Shown here: positions 1-9,761 of the stretch, in pieces
Position numbering within the stretch: the first letter of the stretch is position 1
Layout of the letters: each line of letters opens with the position of its first letter
Assembly (NCBI GenBank): GCA_032250835.1
Contig: JAVVEA010000004.1
Coordinates: forward strand, 183,670 to 247,669
Source: a bacterium
GTDB lineage: Bacteria; SAR324; XYD2-FULL-50-16
Length of the DNA stretch: 64,000 nt
Direction of reading: 5' to 3'
Translations under genes and position numbers: made by a program
Notes under the pieces: generated by a model
What the model saw: only the letters and a program-made list of their open reading frames with translations
Databases searched by the model: none
What the model was told of the DNA's origin: nothing

Positions 1-2
1 AA

Positions 3-662
<660 letters not shown>

Positions 663-691
663 GTAATCGAAAAAACATCAGGAGGAACGCG

Positions 692-2143
692 ATGAATGCT
701 AAAAATCAGCCTCTGACGAAAGACGGTGCCGAGAAGATCATCTCGGAAGTCTTAGAGGTTTACCCCGAAGAGACGAAAGCCAACCGTCTCAAGCACCTGA
801 CCGTCAAAGAAGAAGGTCAGGAAGCTAAAGGCAACTGTGTGAAGGCCAACCGCAAGTCGGTTCCAGGCGTTATGACCATCCGCGGTTGTGCCTACGCCGG
901 TTCTAAAGGTGTGGTTTTCGGTCCGATCAAGGACATGATCCACATCAGCCACGGCCCCGTGGGCTGCGGTCAGTACAGCTGGGGTACCCGCCGGAACTAT
1001 TCGAAGGGCACCACCGGTATCGACAACTTTGTGGTCATGCAGATCACCTCGGACTTCCAAGAGAACGACGTCGTCTTCGGTGGCGACAAGAAGTTGGAAG
1101 TGATGCTCAGCGAGATCAAGACCCTGTTCCCGCTAGCCAAAGGGATTTCGATCCAATCGGAATGCCCCATCGGCTTAATCGGTGACGACATCGAGGCGGT
1201 CTCGAAGAAGATGAGCAAAGAATTGGAATTGCCGATCGTCCCGGTTCGCTGCGAAGGCTTCCGCGGTGTGTCCCAGTCTTTGGGCCACCACTTAGCCAAC
1301 GACGCCATCCGCGACTGGATCTTGGGCAAACAAGAGCCCAGCTTCCAGCCCACCGATTATGACGTTTCGATCATCGGTGACTACAACATCGGCGGTGACG
1401 CCTGGGCTTCTCGTATCCTCTTAGAGGAAATGGGTCTGCGGGTTGTGGCTCAGTGGTCTGGTGATGCTTCGATCAACGAAGTGCAGTCTACCCACGGTTC
1501 TAAATTGAACCTGATCCACTGCTACCGCTCGATGAACTACATCTGCCGCTCGATGGAAGAAAAGTTCAACATCCCCTGGATGGAGTACAACTTCTTCGGC
1601 CCCACCAAGATCGAGGAAAGCTTGCGCGCCATTGCCGCCAAGTTTGACCAGAAGATCCAGGACAACGCCGAGAAGATGATCCTCAAGTACAAAGGTTGGA
1701 TGGATCAGGTAGACGCCAAGTTCAAGCCTCGTTTAGAAGGCAAGCGCGTGATGTTGTATGTCGGTGGCTTGCGCCCCCGCCACGTAATCGGCGCTTACGA
1801 AGACTTAGGGATGGAAATCGTCGGTACGGGCTACGAGTTCGGCCACAATGACGACTACGACCGCACCATGCATTACTTGAAGAACACCACCTTGATCTAT
1901 GACGACGTCACTTCTTATGAGCTCGAAGAGTTCGTTAAGCGGATCAACCCTGACTTGGTGGGTTCGGGCATCAAAGAAAAGTACACCATGCAGAAGATGG
2001 GCTTCCCCTTCCGCCAGATGCACTCTTGGGACTACTCGGGACCCTACCATGGCTACCATGGTTACCCGATCTTCGCCCGGGACATGGACATGGCGATCAA
2101 TGCACCGGTTTACACCAAGATGAAAGCACCCTGGAAGAAATAA
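692..2143 (+). CDS. nifD: MoFe protein alpha chain
   Basis: [33 protein letters not shown] and FRQMHSWDY motifs; GGAGG RBS. Confidence 0.98.
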   Translation: MNAKNQPLTKDGAEKIISEVLEVYPEETKANRLKHLTVKEEGQEAKGNCVKANRKSVPGVMTIRGCAYAGSKGVVFGPIKDMIHISHGPVGCGQYSWGTRRNYSKGTTGIDNFVVMQITSDFQENDVVFGGDKKLEVMLSEIKTLFPLAKGISIQSECPIGLIGDDIEAVSKKMSKELELPIVPVRCEGFRGVSQSLGHHLANDAIRDWILGKQEPSFQPTDYDVSIIGDYNIGGDAWASRILLEEMGLRVVAQWSGDASINEVQSTHGSKLNLIHCYRSMNYICRSMEEKFNIPWMEYNFFGPTKIEESLRAIAAKFDQKIQDNAEKMILKYKGWMDQVDAKFKPRLEGKRVMLYVGGLRPRHVIGAYEDLGMEIVGTGYEFGHNDDYDRTMHYLKNTTLIYDDVTSYELEEFVKRINPDLVGSGIKEKYTMQKMGFPFRQMHSWDYSGPYHGYHGYPIFARDMDMAINAPVYTKMKAPWKK

Positions 2144-2158
2144 CCTTAGGAGGACCAG

Positions 2159-3685
2159 ATGAGCGACGAATTGATCGTAAAGGATCATAACCAGGTCTTC
2201 GAAGAAGAAGTCTTCCAGAAGACCTTTGCGGACAAAAAGGAATTTGAGTGTGGCGCTTCTGAAGAAGTAGTGGCCCAACAACTTGAGTTCTCTAAGTCCG
2301 CAGAATACAAGGAACTGAACTTTGGCCGCAAGTTCTTAAAAATCAACCCAGCCAAAGCTTGCCAGCCCTTGGGCGCTATCTTGGCTGCTTCGGGTTTTGA
2401 CGGCTGCCTTCCTTATGTGCACGGTTCGCAGGGCTGTACGGCTTATTTCCGCAGCCACTTCAACCGCCACTTTAAGGAGCCTTTCTCGGCTGTTAGTGAC
2501 TCGATGACCGAAGACGCGGCGGTATTCGGTGGGCACAAGAACATGTACGAAGGTCTCAAGAACGCGATGACCATCTACAAGCCCAAGATGATTGCGGTTT
2601 GTACTACCTGTATGGCTGAGGTCATCGGGGACGACTTAAACGCATTCATCGGCAACGCTAAAGACGAGGGGTACATCCCCAATGAGTTCCCTGTGCCTTT
2701 CGCACACACTCCGTCTTTCGTGGGCAGCCACGTCACCGGTTACGACCAGATGATGCGCGGTTTCTTGTTCTACTTCACCAAAGGTAAGCCGAAAGCGGCC
2801 ACCAACAACGGTAAAGTGAACATCATCCCCGGCTTCGACGGTTACACCGTGGGCAACACCCGCGAGATCAAGCGCATGTTGGATATGATGGGTGCCGGTT
2901 ACACCATCTTAGGGGACAACTCAGACATCTTAGATACCCCGATGGACGGTACCTACCGGATGTATGACGGCGGCACCACCATTGAAGAGGTCAGCGATGC
3001 CCACAACGCTATCGCCACCATCTCTTTGTTGGGCGACTCCACCTCTAAGGTCACCAAGGCCTGTGTGGAAGCTGACTGGGAAGCTCAGTACATGGACATC
3101 ACCCCGCTGGGTGTGGACGGGACTGACGCTTTCTTGATGAAAATGTCTGAACTGACCGGCAAAGAAGTGCCCGAGTCGCTCTCCATTGAGCGCGGACGGG
3201 CGTTGGACGCCATGGCCGACAGCAACCTTTACCTGCACGGCAAGAAGTTCAGCATCTTCGGCGACACCTCTTATGTAGAAGCCTTAGTTGACTTCTACAT
3301 GGAACTGGGTGCAGAGCCCTTGCACATTGTCTGCACCAACGGCACCAAGCGTTGGGGCAAGCAGTTGCGCAAGAAACTGGCCGCTACCGAGTTCGGTAAA
3401 GACGCCCAGGTTCATGACGGCGCGGATCTTTGGCACCTGCGTAGCTTGATGTACGAGACCAAGCCTGATTTCTTGGTCGGTAGTACCTACGGCAAGCAGA
3501 TCTGTACTGAGATGGATGTGCCTTTGGTTCGGATCGGTTTCCCGATCTTTGACCGCCACCACCTGCACCGGTACCCGACCTTCGGTTACCAAGGTGTGAT
3601 CAACATCCTGCAATGGACTGTTAACACGTTGTTAGACGACCTGGACCGCAAGGCCAGCGACTTCAACAATGACTTCGTAAGGTAA
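2159..3685 (+). CDS. nifK: MoFe protein beta chain
   Basis: NPAKACQPLGA, HGSQGC, TTCMAEVIGDD, HTPSFVGSH and GFPIFDRHH motifs; AGGAGG RBS. Confidence 0.98.
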   Translation: MSDELIVKDHNQVFEEEVFQKTFADKKEFECGASEEVVAQQLEFSKSAEYKELNFGRKFLKINPAKACQPLGAILAASGFDGCLPYVHGSQGCTAYFRSHFNRHFKEPFSAVSDSMTEDAAVFGGHKNMYEGLKNAMTIYKPKMIAVCTTCMAEVIGDDLNAFIGNAKDEGYIPNEFPVPFAHTPSFVGSHVTGYDQMMRGFLFYFTKGKPKAATNNGKVNIIPGFDGYTVGNTREIKRMLDMMGAGYTILGDNSDILDTPMDGTYRMYDGGTTIEEVSDAHNAIATISLLGDSTSKVTKACVEADWEAQYMDITPLGVDGTDAFLMKMSELTGKEVPESLSIERGRALDAMADSNLYLHGKKFSIFGDTSYVEALVDFYMELGAEPLHIVCTNGTKRWGKQLRKKLAATEFGKDAQVHDGADLWHLRSLMYETKPDFLVGSTYGKQICTEMDVPLVRIGFPIFDRHHLHRYPTFGYQGVINILQWTVNTLLDDLDRKASDFNNDFVR

Positions 3686-3691
3686 AAAGCC

Positions 3692-5041
3692 ATGTTCCTG
3701 CCCAAACATGCTGAAATTTTTGAAGAACCTAGTTGCGATCATAACGCCAAGAAGGAAAAAGCCGGTTGCCCCAAACCCACTCCGGGTAAGGTAGGCGGCG
3801 GCTGCACCTTCGACGGTGCCTTCAGCTCGCTGGTGCCGATTGCCGATGCCGCCCATATCGTTCATGGGCCCATTGGTTGTTCGGGCAACGCTTGGAACAA
3901 CCGGGGCGCTCAAAGCTCCGGCGACAAGCTCTACCGGCAGGCCTTCACGACTAGGTTCCTCAACAACGACGTTGTGTTTGGGGGGGAAAAGAAGCTTTAT
4001 AAGGCGGTCCGGGAGATTATCGAAGAGTATAATCCCCCGGCTGTCTTTATCTACCAAACCTGTGTGACCGCGATGATCGGCGACGACATCACCGCGCTCG
4101 CTAAGGTGGTAGAGCAAAAGACCGGCGTCCCGGTGATCACCGTGGAAGCCCCCGGATTTACGGGCAACAAAAACTTGGGCAACCGCCTCAGCGGCGAAGC
4201 GATCTTAAAAAAAGTGATCGGCACCCAAGAGCCTAAGACTCAACACCCTTATAACATCAATCTGATCGGCGAATTTAACATTGCCGGTGAGTTTTGGTAT
4301 GTCGCACCCTTGCTGGACCAAATGGGCGTACGGTTGATCTGTAGCCTCTCGGGCGACGCCCGGTTCCACCAAGTGGCGATGATGCACCGAGCGCAGCTCA
4401 ACATGATGGTCTGCTCACGCGCTTTGCTTAACGTGGCCCGCTCTTTAGAGAAGGATTACCAGATCCCTTGGTTTGAAGGGAGCTTCTACGGAGCCAAGAA
4501 CACCACGCAAGCGCTGATGACCATTGCCGAACATTTCGGCGAGCCTGCCCTGGTGGAAAAGACGAAACAAGTGATTGCCGACGAATATGGCTTGATCGAA
4601 GCCGAGTTGGAGCAAATCAAGGCCCGACTCAAAGGCAAGCGCGCCCTGCTCTACACCGGCGGCGTCAAGAGCTGGTCTTTAGTCGGCGCAATCCAAGAAT
4701 TGGGGATGGAAGTGGTCGCCACAGGCGCCAAGAAGTCCACCGAAGAAGACAAACAGCGCATCCGCGAATTGATGGGCGAAGACGCCACGATGATTGAAGA
4801 TGGCTCGGCCAAGGCGCTGCTAGACCTTTACCATGACCGCGACGCCCATGTTTTGATGGCTGGCGGACGCAACCAATACACGGCGGTCAAAGGGAAGATC
4901 CCCTTTGTGCACGTCAACCAAGAACGCCACACCGCCTTTGCCGGGTATCAAGGGTTCTTGAATTTAGCCCGGCAGTTGGACAAGGCGATCAACAGCCCGG
5001 CCTTCGCGCTGGCCAAAGCCCCTTTCCCAGCAGTCAGCTAG
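3692..5041 (+). CDS. nifE: FeMo-cofactor scaffold NifE
   Basis: GGCTFDGA, HGPIGC, TCVTAMIGDD and YTGGVKSWS motifs; follows nifK. Confidence 0.96.
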   Translation: MFLPKHAEIFEEPSCDHNAKKEKAGCPKPTPGKVGGGCTFDGAFSSLVPIADAAHIVHGPIGCSGNAWNNRGAQSSGDKLYRQAFTTRFLNNDVVFGGEKKLYKAVREIIEEYNPPAVFIYQTCVTAMIGDDITALAKVVEQKTGVPVITVEAPGFTGNKNLGNRLSGEAILKKVIGTQEPKTQHPYNINLIGEFNIAGEFWYVAPLLDQMGVRLICSLSGDARFHQVAMMHRAQLNMMVCSRALLNVARSLEKDYQIPWFEGSFYGAKNTTQALMTIAEHFGEPALVEKTKQVIADEYGLIEAELEQIKARLKGKRALLYTGGVKSWSLVGAIQELGMEVVATGAKKSTEEDKQRIRELMGEDATMIEDGSAKALLDLYHDRDAHVLMAGGRNQYTAVKGKIPFVHVNQERHTAFAGYQGFLNLARQLDKAINSPAFALAKAPFPAVS

Positions 5042-5086
5042 GATCGGATTTTCAAGCAAAACCTTTTACATGCCCAAGGTTTCGCC

Positions 5087-6370
5087 ATGAGTAAAAATCG
5101 CATCACCAACCCCTTGCGGCTATCGCAGCCTGCTGGGGCGGCCTTGGCCTTTATGGGGGTCAAGGGAACCGTGCCTTTGTGGCACGGCGTCCAAGGCTGT
5201 ACAGCCTTCGGAAAAATTCTGTTCATCTCCCACTACCGCGAACCGTTGCCCTTCCAGACCACCGCCTTAAGCCAGGCCAACGTGGTGATGGGCTCGGACG
5301 GGAACTTCTTTGAAGCGGTGGAAAACCTTAAAGACAGCTGCGAGCTGATCGGCGTCTTCACCACCGGCGTGGCGGAGACCTCGGGCGTTGACTTGCCCCG
5401 GCTGATCAAAGAAGTGGAGGCTAAGAAGCTGGGTGTTGAAGTCGTTGGCGTTAGCACGCCGGATTTTGAGGGCACCTTAGAGACGGGCTACGTAAAAGCT
5501 TGCCAAGCGATGCTGGACCACTTCACCCAGCCCAACCTACCCAAACGCAGCGGCGAAGTGGGTCTCTTTTTGGGGCCTTACATCCAGCCCGGCGAGGTGG
5601 AGGAGCTGCGCAAGATCGTTGAAGACTTCGGGCTCTGCCCGCGCATTTTCCCGGATTTGGGCGACAGCCTTTTGGGCTATTTGATGCCCCAGGACCATGC
5701 TTCTTCGACCATCGGCGGGACCAGCTTAAAGACCTTAAGCGAGTTGAGCGGCTTGGAACTGCTGGTTTCGGTGGGATCTTCGATGAAAGAAGTGGCCGCC
5801 CAGTTTGGCGAAGCCCAGGGAATCGAGACCTACCATTACGACAGCCTGATTGAGCTGAGCGAGATCGACCATTTTATGGGCCTCTTGATGCGCCAGACCG
5901 GCAAAGAACTGCCCCGGCGTTACCTAAAGGAGCGCCGTCATTTGCAGGACACCTTGCTGGATGTAGAGGTCTATTACTACGACAAGAAGGTGGGGCTCTT
6001 GGGCGACCCAGAGATGATCACCCGCTTCAAGAAGCCTTTGGAATCCATGGGCATCTCGACCTTCGCGATCAGCCCGATCAAAACCGATGACTACCCCGAA
6101 GGGGACCTAGAAGGCGCTTTGCGCCTGCTTCCCGTCGAGCGGCCCGATCTGCTTTTGGGCAACAGCCATGTGGCCCATCTGGCCGAAGATGAAGGACTAG
6201 AGGCGATCCGCGCGGGCATTCCCGTTGAAGACCGGATCGGTGGCCATACCTGGATCAGGTTGGGTTACCGTGGCGCGGCGGCCTTTTATATGGAAGTAGC
6301 AAACCAACTGATGGTTGCCGACAAGGGAGTCACTCCCTATGTCTCGACCCTACAGGCAACCTTGATTTAA
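5087..6370 (+). CDS. nifN: FeMo-cofactor scaffold NifN
   Basis: NPLRLSQPAGAALAF and HGVQGCTAF motifs; follows nifE. Confidence 0.93.
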   Translation: MSKNRITNPLRLSQPAGAALAFMGVKGTVPLWHGVQGCTAFGKILFISHYREPLPFQTTALSQANVVMGSDGNFFEAVENLKDSCELIGVFTTGVAETSGVDLPRLIKEVEAKKLGVEVVGVSTPDFEGTLETGYVKACQAMLDHFTQPNLPKRSGEVGLFLGPYIQPGEVEELRKIVEDFGLCPRIFPDLGDSLLGYLMPQDHASSTIGGTSLKTLSELSGLELLVSVGSSMKEVAAQFGEAQGIETYHYDSLIELSEIDHFMGLLMRQTGKELPRRYLKERRHLQDTLLDVEVYYYDKKVGLLGDPEMITRFKKPLESMGISTFAISPIKTDDYPEGDLEGALRLLPVERPDLLLGNSHVAHLAEDEGLEAIRAGIPVEDRIGGHTWIRLGYRGAAAFYMEVANQLMVADKGVTPYVSTLQATLI

Positions 6371-6382
6371 CGGAGCAGAACC

Positions 6383-6859
6383 ATGAAAGTGCAATCCCAA
6401 ATCACTAGCCCCGGCATTGTCGATGGGGCCCTTCGCATTGCCTTCGCTTCCACCGACGGAGCCAAGGTCAACCAGCATTTTGGCAAGGGCATGGAGTTTT
6501 GGCTCTTCGACGTTTCCAAGGAAGGCTTCAAAAAATCCGGCAAGATCACCTTCACGCCCGATGAAGACGACGACGCCGAACATGTAGAGAAGAATTTTGT
6601 TAAAGCCGATGCGCTCGCCGATTGCCATATCGTCTATTCCTTGGCGATTGGTGGCCCGGTGGCCGCTAAATTGACCCAACGCAAGATCCAACCTTTGGTG
6701 GTCAAAGAGGAAGACCGGATCGAGGCGCTGTTAGGGCAGTTTAAAGATATGTTGGGCTCGGCCAAGGTGCCACCCTGGATTGCTAAGATGGTAAACGCAG
6801 AGACCGACCTCAGTCGGTTCGATGCCTATGACGAAGACGACGACGATGAGGAGGAATAA
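6383..6859 (+). CDS. nifX: NifX FeMo-cofactor carrier
   Basis: IAFASTDGAKVNQHFG, AIGGPVAAKL and PPWIAK motifs; follows nifN. Confidence 0.9.
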   Translation: MKVQSQITSPGIVDGALRIAFASTDGAKVNQHFGKGMEFWLFDVSKEGFKKSGKITFTPDEDDDAEHVEKNFVKADALADCHIVYSLAIGGPVAAKLTQRKIQPLVVKEEDRIEALLGQFKDMLGSAKVPPWIAKMVNAETDLSRFDAYDEDDDDEEE

Positions 6860-6862
6860 ACC

Positions 6863-7156
6863 ATGAGTGATGTATTAGCGGTAAGAAAAAACGGGGAATC
6901 TTATATCCCTGAATATGTATCCAGCCTCAACGCCGATGAATGCATCGGTTGTGGTCGGTGCTTTAAGGTCTGCGGTCAAGGGGTCTTTGACCTCGTGGAC
7001 CGTGCCGACTTGGCTACCGATGACGACGATGATGACTATGAAGACGAAGGAACCATGGTGATGACCTTGGCCAACGATGGCAACTGCATCGGCTGCAAAG
7101 CTTGCGGCCGGGTTTGCCCTAAAGGATGTCATGCCTTTGCCGCACAAGCGGCTTAA
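6863..7156 (+). CDS. fdxB: nif-specific ferredoxin III, 2[4Fe-4S]
   Basis: CIGCGRCFKVC and CIGCKACGRVCPKGC separated by an acidic linker. Confidence 0.9.
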   Translation: MSDVLAVRKNGESYIPEYVSSLNADECIGCGRCFKVCGQGVFDLVDRADLATDDDDDDYEDEGTMVMTLANDGNCIGCKACGRVCPKGCHAFAAQAA

Positions 7157-8045
7157 GCCGAGCGGGAATCCCGTTCGTGACCGCGCCTTGGCGGCCTATT
7201 TGGGGGTGGCGTTGGGCGATGCGCTGGGGGCGACCACGGAATTCCTGCGCCCTGCGGAAATTGAGTCCCGCTATGGCAAACACCAGGACTTGACCGGCGG
7301 GGGGTGGTTACACCTCAAGCCCGGCCAAGTGACCGACGACACCCAGATGAATCTGGCGGTCGGTTGGGCGATGGTCGAAGCCAAAACCATGGATGCTGTG
7401 GCGGTGGGTGAGAAGTTATTGGGCTGGATGAGCAGCAAGCCCGCCGATATTGGCTCGACCGTGCGTCAGGGGCTGCACCACTTCCGCCGGACCGGCGAAA
7501 CGGAGGCACCGCACTCTGAATACCACGCCGGCAACGGAGCGGCGATGCGGATCTTGCCGGTGATTTTGGCCTGTTTGAATCGACCGGACGATTTAGAACC
7601 TTGGTTGGTCACCCAGGGGCACCTGACCCACAACCACCCGGAGTCTGACTTTGGGATGGCCATGTTGGGCCAGTTGAGCCGTGCGGCGATCTTGCAAGGC
7701 CAGGGGGCTCCCTTGGACAGTATCATGATGGCATGGGTTGAAAAGAATCCTAAGTTCGACCCCAAAAAGTTCAAGCGGTCCATCGACGGGTATATCGTCA
7801 ACAGCATGCGCACGGCGCTCTATTACTTTAAGACCACCCGGGACTTTGAAGAATGTATGGTGGCTATCGCCAATGCCGGAGGGGATACGGACACCAATGC
7901 CACCTTGGCGGCGATGGTTGCGGCTCCCTTTTATGGGCTTGAATCCCTACCGCCCCGGTGGCTGAAGAAATTGGACAAGGCAGTGCAAACAGAGATAACT
8001 GACCAAGTAGAGCAACTGTTTGCCGTCTTTAACCCAGAAGCTTGA
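7131..8045 (+). CDS. draG: ADP-ribosyl-[dinitrogen reductase] glycohydrolase
   Basis: GDALGATTEF, GGGWLHLKPGQVTDDTQM, GNGAAMR and GGDTDT motifs; ATG at 7131 with AAAGGA upstream preferred to 7077. Confidence 0.92.
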   Translation: MPLPHKRLKPSGNPVRDRALAAYLGVALGDALGATTEFLRPAEIESRYGKHQDLTGGGWLHLKPGQVTDDTQMNLAVGWAMVEAKTMDAVAVGEKLLGWMSSKPADIGSTVRQGLHHFRRTGETEAPHSEYHAGNGAAMRILPVILACLNRPDDLEPWLVTQGHLTHNHPESDFGMAMLGQLSRAAILQGQGAPLDSIMMAWVEKNPKFDPKKFKRSIDGYIVNSMRTALYYFKTTRDFEECMVAIANAGGDTDTNATLAAMVAAPFYGLESLPPRWLKKLDKAVQTEITDQVEQLFAVFNPEA

Positions 8046-8054
8046 AGAGGAAAG

Positions 8055-8669
8055 ATGAACCATGCCCCAACCGAAAACCTAGCCCTGAACTTAGGCTACG
8101 ATCGCGAGGAAAACTTGCGGCAGCTAACTCAGGTGATGAATGAGCGCCCCGAAGCTCCCTATTTGGCCCAGTTGATGGCCAGTTGGGCCGCCGGGGTAGG
8201 TGTCCTGCCCGACGGAATGGGCCTGCGTGAGTCTGAGTTTAAAGACTTTACGCGCTTTTATTTTGGCACCGACGCGGTGGAATATAAGTCCGTCAGTGGC
8301 AGGGTCTTTGACGCGGACCGCATGCCCGAAACCGAAGACCTGCGGATACTGCTCAACCGGCACCGCAAAGGGGAGCAAGAGGCAGAGGCCTGGGTGGCCG
8401 AAGTCTTGATCTCTGGGATGTTGGGATATGACCACCTGTGGGAAGATATGGGGTATTGGTCGCGCAAAGAACTGAGCGCGACGATCCAAGAGGTTTTTCC
8501 GGCGTTGTTTGAAAAAAACGACCAGAATATGCGCTGGAAGAAGTTCATTTACAAGCAGCTCTGCATCCAAGAAGAGTTTGTTTACACCTGCCGTGCGCCC
8601 TCTTGCGCGGAATGTGTGGATTACTCGGAATGCTTTGCTATTGAAGAAATCAACCAAGTGAAGGATTGA
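8055..8669 (+). CDS. nifQ: Molybdenum donor NifQ
   Basis: HLWEDMG, NMRWKKFIYKQLC and the C-terminal Cx4Cx2Cx5C motif (CRAPSCAECVDYSEC). Confidence 0.93.
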   Translation: MNHAPTENLALNLGYDREENLRQLTQVMNERPEAPYLAQLMASWAAGVGVLPDGMGLRESEFKDFTRFYFGTDAVEYKSVSGRVFDADRMPETEDLRILLNRHRKGEQEAEAWVAEVLISGMLGYDHLWEDMGYWSRKELSATIQEVFPALFEKNDQNMRWKKFIYKQLCIQEEFVYTCRAPSCAECVDYSECFAIEEINQVKD

Positions 8670-8670
8670 G

Positions 8671-9249
8671 ATGAATAAACAGGCCGACAGCTTATCCATG
8701 AGCGCGCAAAAATGTATGGAACGCCGCAAGAAGGAATACCCTCCCTTTGTGATCGACCTGCGCAGTGCTGATGAATATCGCGCTGGGCATATTGCCGGGT
8801 CGCGGTTGATTCCCGCCGAGAAGCTCGAAAGCCGTTTAGACCAATTGCCGCCCAATACGGCGGTGATTGTATATGACCAAGAGGGTGGCGAGAGCAGCCA
8901 AAAGGCGGCCCAAGCACTCAAAGACTTTGGCGTGCGCAAAGCCTTTTTTATTGAAGGCGGCTATGAGAGCTTCAGCGCCGCAGTAGATGCCTCGGATGAT
9001 AAAATCGAAAAGTTCCCGGTAGATCAGTGGGTCACTGAGATCGAGAAGCTTTTTGAAGGAACCCTCAAGCCGATGCTGCAAGAACACGGCGGCGGGATCA
9101 CCGTCAAGTCGGCCGCACCGGGCGACTTGAAGCTTCAGTACATGGGCAGCTGTGCTACCTGCGAAGACAGCATCAACGGCACCTTGAAGCTGATCCACGC
9201 TCAGTTGCAGGGTTATTTTAACCACGAGTTTAAGATCAGCCTCGTCTGA
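8671..9249 (+). CDS. Rhodanese-like domain fused to a NifU C-terminal (Nfu) domain
   Basis: VIDLRSADEYRAGHIAGS and FIEGGY (rhodanese); KPMLQEHGGGI and YMGSCATC (Nfu). Confidence 0.85.
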   Translation: MNKQADSLSMSAQKCMERRKKEYPPFVIDLRSADEYRAGHIAGSRLIPAEKLESRLDQLPPNTAVIVYDQEGGESSQKAAQALKDFGVRKAFFIEGGYESFSAAVDASDDKIEKFPVDQWVTEIEKLFEGTLKPMLQEHGGGITVKSAAPGDLKLQYMGSCATCEDSINGTLKLIHAQLQGYFNHEFKISLV

Positions 9250-9259
9250 TCTCCCGCTT

Positions 9260-9469
9260 GGTTCGGTAAGCGGCTTCCAGGCTTTGGGCATGGGGCCGGC
9301 GGTTGCTTACCGAACCATCGAAAGCCCTTCGGGGCTTGTTCGGCAGGCTGTCTGCAGACTTTGGGCATGGGGTCGCAGAGAGCTTGCTGGACCTAGGTCA
9401 GCCCTTCGGGGCCTGTTCGGTAGGCCGTCTCCAGGCTTTGGGCATGGGGTCGGAGAGGGCCTACCGGAC
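9260..9469 (+). repeat. Tandem array of three 77-bp hairpin units separated by GCCCTTCGGGGC stem-loops
   Basis: Units start GTTCGG at 9261, 9338 and 9415; invariant core CTTTGGGCATGGGG; arms are complementary. Confidence 0.9.
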
Positions 9470-9474
9470 TACTC

Positions 9475-9508
9475 AAAAAAAAGGGCACCGTAAGGTGCCC
9501 TTTTTTTT
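9475..9508. terminator. Bidirectional intrinsic terminator at the end of the nif operon
   Basis: A-run, GGGCACC-GTAA-GGTGCCC, T8. Confidence 0.9.
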
Positions 9509-9761
9509 GCTTTGAAGCTGAGGCAATGCAGGGCTAGTCCGGTCTGCATGGGCGAAATGCCAACCCCCGGCCGTCGTTTGGAAAGTCCGCTCCCTAGCCT
9601 CAGGCCTGCGCTAGGTTGGATTGTGCCCGAAGCTCGGCATTGGGGGGCTGGGTTTTTGGCTGAATCGACCGGAACCCTGGCTTAGCGAGCCCGACCCACT
9701 AGCTTGGTCGAGCCCTTTACTGGTAAAGCAATGGGGCCGTAGCGGAACAAAAAGGCACCTT

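Noticed and set aside
692-3685. Alternative (V or Fe-only) nitrogenase
   Set aside because: No vnfG/anfG between the D and K genes; nifEN and nifQ indicate the Mo enzyme
9260-9469. CRISPR array
   Set aside because: The intervening segments are homologous to each other rather than unique spacers, and no cas genes are present
9284-9515. ORFs 9284-9493 and 9303-9515
   Set aside because: They are translations of the hairpin repeat and run into the terminator
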